Source of the DNA: Magallana gigas
Taxonomy: Eukaryota
DNA length: 64,000 bases
Assembly (NCBI RefSeq): GCF_963853765.1
Contig: NC_088857.1
Coordinates: 56,544,001 to 56,608,000, forward strand
Direction of reading: 5' to 3'
Shown here: piece after piece, positions 1-11,916 of the stretch
Position numbering within the stretch: position 1 is the stretch's first letter
How the letters are laid out: each line of letters opens with the position of its first letter
Made by a program: the position numbers and the translations under genes
Notes under the pieces: generated by a model
What the model was told of the DNA's origin: nothing
The model's input: the letters and a program-made list of their open reading frames with translations, nothing else
The model's database searches: none

Positions 1-178
1 TCCTTATCTTTACGATAAGATTGTATAAGAGAAAGGAAAATAGAAATTAGGAGGAAAAAACCGCGATGTTTCTAGATTTTGGTAGAACCTGCAGAATTCT
101 TAACGTAAAGAAGTGTCTCGAAAAAGCTAGAAATTTTAGGTAAATGTTTACTGAAGCGTATACTGTGTTTATTTGAAG

Positions 179-3100
179 GTGCATACCATAGTATGCTGTT
201 TCAACCATGAATGCAGAAGAATGCAAAAGAATGCCACGGACGCGCCTATGTATCAGGGCACCCTCGGTCTCACCGGTAACTTCTATGAATAGACTATGTG
301 AAAATTACAGCTGATGCTATCTCTTGATTTTGAGTACAATATGAAGAAATAAATCTATAATACTCTTATTTTTTTTATAACATTGCGGTATTTCAGGAGA
401 AGTAACCACTTTGTTTACAACAACAACAACAACAACGGTGACGACGTTTACAACAACAATGTACAACATGGGGCAGAGTAAGGTTTAGTATGCAAGTCTT
501 ACATGTAACAACAGTCTGTCTCCTTCTGTCTGTTTGTCAGTCTGTCTGCCTGTCTCTTTCAGTCCGTCTGTCTGTCTGTCTCCTTCTGTCTGTTTTTCAA
601 TCTGTCTGCCTCTGTCTGTCGGCCTCTCTCTTTAAGCATGCAAGGTCTTTTTATTATTAGCCTGGTTTTAATGCTATTGTCTCTCATGCTTATATAGCAA
701 AAATATATTACATGACAGAATCTACTAAGTCTTATTAATCAGTTTCTTTTGCCACGCATGCTCCATAACTTCACTCGGCGTTTTACTGGTTCCTTATTCA
801 AAGTTTTAGCAGTAAAAAATAAATACATGTAGACAACTTAATGCAAATTTAAAATAAGCTTTATAAATACTAAATTTTTCACAAAATACCTAGTATCTTA
901 AATTCAAAAACCACCTCAATTAAAAATTTTTTTAATAAACATTTTATTACCTGAAGTTCAACTCTGCGAATGATAGATAACAGTCAGCTAATGATGTAGA
1001 TATATATTGTAATAAAAGCTAGCACAGCAAAAAAAAAAGCTCGTCTAAGCATACGAAATCTCCGTGCATCGAATTCAGTATGTGTACCCATTTATACAAT
1101 TTAACATGCATGCTACTCGATTGCGAAAGGGTTTTAAACTGCTTAATCCGATTTTATATCAAATTTTTATGAAACTTTAAACGATGATTATGCTAAGTAT
1201 GTGTATAATAATAAACATTGCAGTAGTTTTCCCGGTCAATTTAGCCAAATTTTAATGAAAAAACGATGTACAATTTTTTTTTTGCAAAACAAACGACATA
1301 AAAATTGTAGTGTGTTATTTCGCATCATATTAAAAACCGCACCTGATGTCGAGGCAGGAATGATTATATTATGACTTCTTCATCGTTTTTAGTAGGTCTA
1401 AATATGAGTGATGCTCTGGCAAATTAAAAATAAACCTAACAGTGTGTACTTTTTGTTCACTATGAATTTGAAGTTTGTTTTCTGTACAATCGATGCATAA
1501 AATGCGGGTTGAATGCACTCAATCATTTGGGGGACAAAACCAAACGGTGTCCTTTCCTAAACATTTCCTTTTTTTTTTAAAATTTTGTTGTTTTTTTCTT
1601 TGTATGCCAATACAAAGTAATTTTTTTATTCACTTTTGATACTTACAACTTTGAATCGAGACCAATTCTGCTGGTGTAAATGTGCAAATGTTTATAACTC
1701 TCTTAGAGAATTGGTTTGTATGGAAAGTTATTTGATAATGTAATAGACAAAAAATTCGGACTATGCGGATTTAAATGTTATAGCGTAGCACTTTGACCCA
1801 TAAGATGTATATTTATTCTTGAAAACTAAACTGTTGAAAGAAGGTTTCATGGATACACAGTGTTTCAATCCATGTTTCAGACAATATTACATTCATTATC
1901 TAGGTGTGACACAGTAGTTTGTTAGGCATTGTATATGTATGTTTCTGATGGCATTTTGTTAAACACTGTATTTGCATTTCAGACTGGCAGTTCTTACATG
2001 TACAGAGTGTGTGACATAGTATTTTGTTTAGCACTGTATTTGTATTTCAGACTGGCAGTTTTTTTACATGTACAGAGTGTGTGACATAGTATTTTGTTTA
2101 GCACTGTATTTGTATTTCAGACTGGCAGTTTTTACATGTACAGAGTGTGTGACATAGTATTTTGTTTAGCACTGTATTTGTATTTCAGACTGGCAGTTCT
2201 TACATGTACAGAGTGTGTGACATAGTATTTTGTTTAGCACTGTATTTGTATTTCAGACTGGCAGTTTTTACATTTACAGAGTGTGTGACATAGTATTTTG
2301 TTTAGCACTGTACATGTATTTGTATTTCAGACTGGCAGTTTTTACATGTACAGAGTGTGTTACATAGTATTTTGTTTTGTATGTTTCAGAATATGACGAG
2401 GGGGTGCTACATCTCGTGGCTGTCATCTCCAGTGTTGTGGTATTCGTGGGGCTAGTGCTCGCCATCAAGTCTATCGTCGGTTTCCTCAACAGACTCAACA
2501 GAAGAGAAGGGGACCTGCGTGGTATGGCATACAATTCAAGTAGTAGCCCGTATACACAAGATCCATTGTGCTGAATAAAGTAGCATACATTTACTAGTAG
2601 AAATATTCAAAGAGGTATTTTAATATTTGCTTCGGTGACAGAACAAAAATAAAGTTCGACTCAAAGGGACTGCATATAAAGGCTATTTTTAAATAATTGG
2701 ATTTTAGTTATAGTAACAAACCTTGTAATTTGTGAATAGCATACACCTAGCTTTATTAATTAGGAATAATTTATTGAATGAATTATATTGTTTTCTTTGG
2801 TATCAGATAACACCCGACCTAGCTCTTCGTTTCTCCAGTGGTTAAGAGACGAACCCCCGCCATATCCCGGTAAATATTCCCGGACTAACGTGAATTACCT
2901 CCCCTCGTATCTGTCCGCGATCGAGATGGAACAGGAACGACAACGGCAGGAAACGGCGACAATGAGTCAGCCGGCGCGTGATTTACCGGAAGTGAGCAGT
3001 GAGAGTAGCGTCATAATGTTTACTGCTCCAGAAGATGGCGTCGTCTGTCTGAAAGATTCCAGAAATTCAGATTCTCAAACATTTAGTCAGAGTAGAGTGA

Positions 3101-3255
3101 ACGAAACCAGCACAACTGTTGAAAATGTTATCAACGAGGTCTTGATAGCGAACCAAAGAGACGAGGGAGACGTACAGTTAGAGGAGAACAGGTTACGAGC
3201 ACCCACCGCCATGGATATTACTCCAGCAGTTGACAGCCGTGTGACTTTGGATTGA
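179..3255 (+). CDS. PY-motif single-pass membrane protein, paralog A (5' end probably outside the window). Exons 179-275 (tentative), 397-477, 2390-2521, 2807-3255
   Basis: All introns are GT-AG with compatible phases. Spliced reading: Thr-rich stalk (GEVTTLFTTTTTTTVTTFTTT), TM (VLHLVAVISSVVVFVGLVLAI), then a cytoplasmic tail with DEPPPYPGKYSRTNVNYLPSYLSAIEM. Homologous to paralogs B and C. The first exon is less certain. Confidence 0.8.
512..630. repeat. Imperfect (TCTG)n microsatellite
   Basis: Runs of tctgtctgtc and variants in an intron of paralog A. Confidence 0.8.
1905..2389. repeat. Minisatellite, ~68-bp unit, 6 full copies plus degenerate ends, abutting the acceptor of the paralog A TM exon
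   Basis: Unit acatgtacagagtgtgtgacatagtattttgtttagcactgtatttgtatttcagactggcagtt(t). The 'ttcag' ends at 1982, 2050, 2120, 2188, 2256 and 2330. Confidence 0.92.
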
Positions 3256-3991
3256 GACAAAAAGTAGTTGTAGGAACATTTAACACAACTGTGATACAAT
3301 TAGAAAAGAATCTTATTGGTACGATTGTTTCGGTTGCGTGCACAAAGGTAGTGATTGTCATGAATGTATGCAGGTTATAAAAACTGACGCCGAATGATGG
3401 TGTGTTGATATTGTGACGTCACATACGTACCTTACAATGTTTTTGCACCTATTTTCACACTCCAGGTGCCATACATTCGATTCCGAACACTATGTATTTA
3501 TCTGCGTATGTATTTGTGTATGTATTCATTTATCTTAGTTTTTACATATGTTTTTACATAAATTATCCAAAGTGATTAAGCCAGTGGGTAATTGTTTTTT
3601 ATGACCTTCTTTCTGACGCCACAGAATACATGCTAATGAAGAGGTTGTCCATTATGAGATAGTGTTTGTATATCATACCTCTTGTTGCTATCGAATCCTT
3701 GTTATGTTTTGTTATTGTACAATTTGTTGGTACAATTGATGATCTATATGGTGTAAATATAGCTTCTGTTTTGTGCAAGGACTCTAATATGAAGCTAATC
3801 ATTGATTACAATTTTCAATACACCATGTTTGGATTTATTTCTTATTCAAAACGTGAGAGATGTTTGTTTGGAAGACCTCGATTGGTCACTTAGTTGCAGC
3901 ATTAACCTCTTTCTAAATTCTTTTACATACACAAACAACGGAACTTTCTTTCTTGGCAGAATGTGGTTTATGGTTTGAATAGTATTTTTTT

Positions 3992-4480
3992 CTTACCTGG
4001 GCCAGAAGTTCAAGAAAGTTTTTACAAAATGTTTACGTTGTCGGTCATCGTCGTCGACAAAATCGTTGCCGTTGCAAGCTTTTCACACTTTTGACTTTCA
4101 AACCAATGGACCAATATTAATCAAACTTAGCACCTAACATCGTTAGGTGAAATAGATTCATTTTTTTTTTAAATAAAGGGTCATGCCCTCTTTTAATGTG
4201 AGATGATGAAGAATTATTAAATATTTTAAAATCATGATAGAAATAGAGAAATAAGTCTCATACCAAAGAACTGAAATTTATGTGGAAGCATCCTCAGGTA
4301 GTTTTAATTTAAGTTTGGTTAAACCATGATCTCAAGAGGAAGGGTGAAAACCAAACGGAGTGTTGATAATCTCTTCAAATAAGGACAGAAAGACTGAAAC
4401 TTGTAGTATTAGTGTAGATTCAAGTTTGTTCAAATCTTGATCCCCAGGGATATGATGAGGCCCCAATGAGGGTTGAGCGG
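3992..4480 (+). mobile_element. Degenerate Helentron-type non-autonomous element (HINE-like) fragment
   Basis: Decayed similarity to the 29621-30746 element (ttacctg...tcaag, gtc-rich microsatellite, ttttcacactttt, ccaat..taatcaaactt). Confidence 0.45.
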
Positions 4481-5463
4481 TTAGGTTTTTTTCCCCAAAC
4501 ACTAAAACAATTAAAGCGACTGTTTAACATTTATATAAAATAAGCGAAGAAAATTGAAAATAATTCTTACAAAAATATGCTCTACTTATATAATTAAATT
4601 CATATTAAATGCATGCAACATAAAATTAATTTGACCAGAATTATGGCCTTCGTTGCTTTTATGATTTTCAATTTTTCCATTTGCAATATATTCATGCTTA
4701 ATTAACTTATAATTCTATTGGTCATCCAAACGATTAACTATATTTATCAAGTCAAAAGCAAAAAATAAAGCTAAGAATTTTTGTTACGTAATCAAGAGCC
4801 GTTTTGAGGTTTTTGTTTACATCTAGGTTGGTGAATAGAAAAACGTGTATTAAACAAATTAAGTGACAGCTCTAGAAACTAAAATTATGTTCATAAAAGG
4901 CTTCCAGATATAAAAAAGAATCTGACGAAAACAAAGAGTACATGTGTGTCTACAAAAACATGACTCTAGCTTCATTACTTGACAACTGGCCTTAAATTTT
5001 TGCTGAACATATGAAATTCGTAAGGGAAGCATCGTTAACATTAACAATTTAAAAAATATATATATGTCTTGTTTTGAGGGTATAAGTACGGATTCTCTCT
5101 ATAGTTTCCGGCGACTTACAACCTCCTTTTGACCTGTTTTGGTCCGAGAGGACAGAAATCCGTACTGAATTACACTATTGTTAGAACCTCGATGGTAACC
5201 ATTCACAAAATATCGCTTGGCGGTTGTATTGATATTGTTGTTAACCTTAAAAACACGGTTGTGTCAATAATTCTGTACGATTTGCCTTTCTCAACGGAAA
5301 ATATATTTAAAAACCAGCAATGTTAAAAAGTTCACCAGGATATAAAATTAGGTTGGTACGTACGTGATCAAATAATCTGAAAAAAACATCCGGCTTATCG
5401 ATATTTGATCACGTGAATGACCAAGTTCACATCCCGATGAACTTTTGAACATGGTGGTTATTA

Positions 5464-5779
5464 TATACAATATATACCATTTTATACAAATATACAATAT
5501 ATACCATTTTATACAAATATACAATATATACCATTTTATACAAATATACCATATATACCATTTTATACAAATATACAATATATACCATTTTATACAAATA
5601 TACCATATATACCATTTTATACAAATATACAATATATACCATTTTATACAAATATACAATATATACCATTTTATACAAATATACCATATATACCATTTTA
5701 TACAAATATACAATATATACCATTTTATACAAATATACAATATATACCATTTATACAAATATACAATATATACCATTTT
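5464..5779. repeat. 27-bp minisatellite (tatacaatatataccattttatacaaa), ~11.5 copies
   Basis: Near-perfect tandem array; it accounts for the three spurious repeat ORFs (MVYIVYLYK, IYNIYHFIQ). Confidence 0.95.
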
Positions 5780-6440
5780 GTATCGTCTCCTTATACATTA
5801 ACTACACAAAATTATTCACAATGAAATTTTGATCCGTGATAGTATAGAGAGAAAAAGATTGCCTTACTAGTGGTTTTAATCGCTTGATTTAGAGAAAAAA
5901 AAACACCTTATGATCAGTTAAAACCACCATCTTACATCAAAATTTAAATTTAAAGTGCATGTATTGAAATACGGTAAAATATTTAGAAGTAGACGTATAA
6001 ATAGTGGGAATATCCCTTAAACAGCTTTGAGCTATATCATAGTTTACATAATGTATGAAAAAAAAAATATACAACGAAACACCAGAAACACACTGAGCTA
6101 CTGTCTATTCAGTGTGAACCACTTTTATTATTTAAAAAACAACTTTGTTATGTTATGTAACAAACACGGAAGTTTACTATTAAGTTCATTTTTTGGATAC
6201 AATGACCTTACACACACCATGAGCTGACAGTTAACAGAGTAAAACAAGTATATAACAAGTATGTGTTTGGGACAAACAATCGAAGTGGAACGGCCGAATT
6301 AGACAGATAACGATAACAAAGAACGCCATTACCAACGTTTCTCTGTGCAGAGATTGATTTAGAAATGGACAATTGACTGGAGAAGTGATTTACCTGAGGT
6401 TTACGCGGGAGGAATGTCAATAAACTGCACCTATAGGTGA

Positions 6441-8547
6441 ATGGTAAGTTTCTTGCTGAAAAACCAAGTGATTTTAAGTTTTATTAACTTATATTAATCG
6501 ATAGTTTCTAAGTGTATGGTGAGCATATTAAAATATAAACTTAATGTATAGTTGTCATTGTCTCTTAACAATAAGACAGGAGATTTTGGATCTGCAAGAC
6601 ATTCCATGTTCTAAGGGATCATGTTCACCAATAAACCATTCATCGATTCATGAATACGTAATGTAATTTAGGGCAAGATTCATCCATGGTTTGATGTGCA
6701 TTATGCATTGTCAGAAATATATATATTCCAAATGCACTAGAATCAACAAGGTGTTTCTGACTTATCTAATATGGACAGTTATGCACACACACATACATAT
6801 ATACGATCGTGTGTGCGACAATGAACATTGACAACATCTACTTTATTTACAGCAATGTCGACAAGTTCCCAACCATAAACAGTTTTATGTTTTTACAGGT
6901 GGTGTACCCACAGATGGCCACTAACACTACAGGTAAGGTAAATCTAGGTCAGGAAGGTAAACCTTCATACTATAATTGTGTTTTACATGTTTATGCTCTC
7001 ATTAAAAACATATGAAAATTTAATGAGAAATCTCTGTCACACATGTCATACAGAACTGATGGAGAGTTCATCAAAGTTCGTTTTATTTATGCAGATGAAG
7101 AAATCCATTTACCCTCACCTACAAGCGAAAAAGGTAAATGTTTAAAATCATTTAATTCAATTTTTGTTAAGAAAAGCAAAATATCTTAATTAATAACAAT
7201 ATCAACCGGACAAGAACGCAAAATACCTAAAGCAAACGATTAAAGAAAAGGAAGAATATGTCATCTAAACACCTTGATGTAAAACGCAATGTACATGCAT
7301 GTACAGGTATATAGATAGAGTTTTAAAAAGTTCGCACCTTTACCTACAATAGCATGATAGCTTTACAACAGTTGCAGAGTTTTGATGCATGTATGTGATA
7401 AAGATCCATTATTGTGCATACAAAACCTGTCCTCAGGCACGTAGCAACAGACGGGAGGACAGTGGCCCAGATCCTCCACTCTTTAAGAATATGCTCCATT
7501 TAGTAAGAAAGTATATTTACTATAGTTAACATATAATCTTACTGTCTTCCCAATTTTGTTGGTCCCTGCACTTTGTAAAGCGATGCTCTGGGCCTGTTTT
7601 AAAGTAAACACTTTAAGTGGACGTACAGTTGAACAGTTCACTAAGTTTGTTGAGTACTGTAGTGTACTATTGATGAGATAAGATGAGATAAGATGTCCAG
7701 GGCTGCCATCTGTATATATCAGTCTTTTAGCGAGATAACCCATTCTAAATATGGGTGTGGGTCAATTTAAACAGAACAATACGAAAATGTCCGTATTCCC
7801 CTCTGGTTATCTTTTGAGTAGCATGATGACATAGAAGAATTGTTATCCTATATTTGATTAATATGTTGAAAATAGAATTTAGACAAAGAAACTGCAACTA
7901 ACTACGATGGATGCTCTTCCACCAGCTTCTTATTTTTTTTCAGTATGAAAATCGAATAAATAGATGCCTATTTCATTTGATAAAGTTTCTATAAAAATAC
8001 CGATCGGACGACGGTTACCGAGAAAGTCACATGTAACAGTTACTTTCAAAATTTGTTCGTAAATATATGTAACACTGTTTCATCAAATACTTTTAAAAAT
8101 GAATGTTATAACATTCAAGGTTCTGATATAGTTATGGCATAAGGATTGTAAGAAGAGTATTTATTCTATATAAGAATGATACCCTTTATCATAGCAATGA
8201 AATAAGTGACTAAAGGAGATTCTTAAATAGATATAAACTTTGGACATATCTCCATTCGATTTACCGCATAAAGAGCAAAGTAATGACTGTATCGTGCACC
8301 TCTCAACCAAAGACACCTGACGTTACATATTTTCCTCATTTTAAAATAATATACCGCTTACCGTTTATTACAAGAAAAATGTTTGTGCTCTGAACCCTCG
8401 CGGAAAGGTGAACAAACTTGACAAAGTGAAAGAGAAAAATACTTATCAACTTTGGTTTTACAAGTACCGGTGTTGTAACCGTTGCCAATGGATACTGGTA
8501 ATGTACCAGTTATCGGCTAAAGTTTGACGTTTTCTTTTCGTAATTCC

Positions 8548-8583
<36 letters not shown>

Positions 8584-11500
8584 AGTGAGTGTAGTGTTTT
8601 TTCTTTCTTTCTTTCTTTCTTATTATTTTTTTTTCTCCTTTTTTGTCGGCAGAATTTCTCAGAGATGTCTTGATAGATTTTCTTCAAATTTTTAGGGATG
8701 ATTGCAAATGATAATATCTCGAGGCGTTTTTTTCATTTTTTCAAAATTCATTTCCGGTCGTCCGTTTCCTGTCCCGCGTCAAAAAACCTTGTTCCCTCGA
8801 GATCTCAGAATCGGCAAACACTTGAACATCTAAACTTTGTGGAATGATATACCTATAGTTGTAGATGTGTTTAAACTATTTTGTTTTGTTCGTCGTAACT
8901 TCCGGTCGTCACCGGAAGCACTTCAAAAATAATTATTTTTACGCATTAAATTCCTTTTCCAAATAATAAATATATAAGTATAAATCTATACATAGATTAT
9001 CCATGCGATGTTATATCAACAAAATAATTTTACTTCCAGTGAGATATCTCAATTATCTCAGGTATTTTTTTTAAAACACATTTTGTTCCCAAGAGGTCTC
9101 AGAGACTATAAGTGATATAAGCACGAAACTTTCAGGGATGATAGACATTTGATTGAAGATGTGTTTAACCGGTTTCATTTAATCTTCCGTCACTTCCGGT
9201 CCACACAGGAAGAGTTCGAACAAATCGAGCTGTTTATCAGTTTAACTTTATTCCTTTGATATTTGTAGTGTGCTCGATGAACAATAATTTACAAAAGGCA
9301 AGTATACAAGATATATTGAATACAATTTACATTGAGCACTTCCGTTTGTCCGTTTCCTGTCCCGAGACAAAAACCTTATTTCGACGAGATCTCAAAAACG
9401 GTAACGACTTGAACAACCAAACTTTGTAGAATGATACACCTATGTATGTACATGTGTTAACACTATATTGTTATGTCCGGCGTAACTTCTGGTCGTCACA
9501 GGAAGTACACTTTATTTTGATTTTTTAATAATAATTTGCTTATTTAGCATGGAAGTAACATTTAATCATTAGAATTACAAAAGGTCATCTACACAGAATC
9601 ATCTATCCGATGATTAATAAACAAAAAACTACTTCCGGTGAGATATCTCCAATATCTCAGGTAGTCTTTTTAAAACAAATATTGTAACAGCGAGATCTCA
9701 AAAACTATAAGCGATCAAAGCACGAAACTTTCATGGATGATAGACATTTAATTGAAGATGTATTTAACCAGTTTCATTTTGTTTTCCGTCACTTCCGGTC
9801 CACACAGGAAGAGTTCAAACAAATCGAGCTGTTGATCAGCTTCACTGTTTTTCTTTGATATTTGTAGTTACAGCGATGAACAATAGTGTACAAAAGGCAA
9901 CTATACAAGAAATATTGAATACAATTTACATTTAGCACTTCCGTTTGTCCGTTTCCTGTCCCGAGACAAACAACTTTAATCCAACGATATCTCAAAAACG
10001 GTAAAGATTTGAACAATCAAACTTTGTGAGATAATAGACCTATGTATGTACATGTGTTAACACTATTTTGTTTTATCCGACGTAACTTCCGGTCGTCACA
10101 GGAAGTAAACCGAATTTTCATATTTTACAAATATTTTGGTTATTTAGCATGGAAATAATTATTTAGCAATAGAAATATAAAATGTCATTTACACATGGTA
10201 AAAAAAACAAAAAAGTTTTACTTCCGGTGAGACATTTCAAATACCTTAGGTAGCCTTTTATAAAAAACAAAGTACTTGCAAGATCTCAGAAACTGTGAGA
10301 GATCAAGCCATAAAACTTATATGGATGATGGACATTTGATTGAACATGTGTTTAACGGGTTTCATATGGCCATACGTCACTTCCGTTTCTCAATCGAAGC
10401 GTTCAAGCAATAGAATTTCTTTTTTAACTTTAGATTTTTTTAAAATAACATTTTAGTCAGTGTGATGAACAGTCACGTACCGTAGGTTAATGTTAGGATA
10501 TTAAAACTAAGAAAAACGTAAACATCCAAACTTTGAGGAAAGACAAAACAATGTATGAATATATCGTTTGCTATGTTCTAAATGATTCGTCGTAACTTCC
10601 GGTCGTCAAAGAAAGTACTCAAAAATTGACATTCAGTCTTTTTTGTTTTGTTTAACTTAGAAAAAATTTATTGGGTATTCCTTTAGAGTATATATTGTAT
10701 CCATTTTCTTTTAAAAGAGAAATTGAATTTTTTGTACCGATTAAGACATGAGGAACGGAAGACCTTTTTGTTGCTATAGCAACAAGAGTCTAGTTTCTTG
10801 ATATTTTTGAATAGAACTTGACATAGTTTAAATGGTGAACTCCTTATTTATCCATCTGTTAAATTATATCATTATTTAGAACTCAAAACATCTTGTTTTT
10901 GGTTTTTTTATCACGTCCGAATTTGCCGAGTTTTTACGATCTACTTTACCAGTTTTCAGCTTCGTGACAATAACATTGTAAAATCCCCTGGATATGTCGA
11001 TTTTGTACTTTGCAAAATGTAATTTGAATTATGCAAAATATCTCAAAACACAAGAATTATAATTTTTTTAACCACCCTTATTTGTCTCCCAGTGACCACC
11101 AGACCCAGCTCGGCGCTGATGGAGGACCCAGTCTTTTTGGCCATCACAGGTGTGATTCTCTGCTTTGGGATTATCTTTCTTCTGAGAACGGTTGTTAATC
11201 AAATCAAAAACCGACGGTCTCGACACCACCGTCACAGAAGTCCAGGTAAATCAACAAATGGCCACGGTTAAGTTTTTTTATGTAGAAGAAAATAAGTAAA
11301 TTCAACACGAATACATTTACACAAATTTACATTTATGACACTTCATGTATACATACTATACTATAAGTAATAATATTATTGTGATAATAACTAATACGCA
11401 CCTTTGTCTCTGTGTTTTATAGATCCGCAAAGAATCTCCCGAAATGTCCCCTCCAGGACCTCATTTATAGACGATCCCCCACCCTACCCCGGGAAATATT

Positions 11501-11916
11501 CTAAAACCAACATCAATTACCTCCCCTCCTATGACTCGGCCATAAAAATGGCACCCGAGTTGCTCATGTGCAATATTGATGAGATGAATCAGTCTATAAA
11601 TTTTCCCGTGCTGCATGAAAACACAGAGGACAATAGTGGGAATATCAGTGACCATGAAATCAGAGGAGACGGGGAGTTGTGCAACATGGACCAGTTTGTC
11701 CCTGTGTCGTTAGACCCCGGGAATGTAAGAGGAAACAGAAGCTCGGAACACTTCGATACCTCTCTCGATGATGAGCTGGACTATTCAGCAACAAATGTTA
11801 ACGATTCTAGAGAAGAAGCAGTTACAAATGTCTGTCAGCAATTAGATGCTGAGGGAGACACGAGGGGTGATACCTTAAATGTGGCTTCTTCTGTAAATAT
11901 AGAAAACAGTGGATAA
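6441..11916 (+). CDS. PY-motif single-pass membrane protein, paralog B (~240 aa). Exons 6441-6443 (ATG only, tentative), 6899-6932, 7095-7133, 11093-11245, 11423-11916
   Basis: Phase-compatible GT-AG exons total 723 nt. Reading: M-VVYPQMATNTT-DEEIHLPSPTSEK-VTTRPSSALMEDPVFLAITGVILCFGIIFLLRTVVNQIKNRR..., with DDPPPYPGKYSKTNINYLPSYDSAIKM in the last exon. The last two exons are strongly supported by paralogy; the 5' small exons are moderately supported. Confidence 0.78.
8549..10794 (+). mobile_element. Helentron-type non-autonomous element (HINE) with ~595-bp internal tandem units, in an intron of paralog B
   Basis: 5' hairpin taaggtcttccgtt-tcc-aacggaagacctta (8552-8582), (TTCT)n just inside, three diverged ~595-bp units (ccgtttcctgtcccg near 8763, 9350 and 9950), 3' subterminal aacggaagacct (10754-10765), palindrome ttgttgctatagcaacaa (10768-10785), ctagtt end. 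This matches the established HINE layout. Confidence 0.8.

Noticed and set aside
1905-2389. Regularly spaced repeats as a possible CRISPR array (also 26625-26790)
   Set aside because: Units are head-to-tail with no unique spacers, there are no cas genes, and the context is eukaryotic.
5348-5801. Three overlapping 107-142 aa ORFs with 9-aa repeats
   Set aside because: Translation of a 27-bp minisatellite, open on both strands by chance.
6256-6440. GC-richer stretch that looked like a coding exon of paralog B
   Set aside because: Stops in all three frames and no phase-compatible donor; more likely 5' UTR.
7432-7595. Possible hAT-type MITE (caggcacgtagc...gctctgggcctg)
   Set aside because: The inverted ends are imperfect and there is no 8-bp target duplication.
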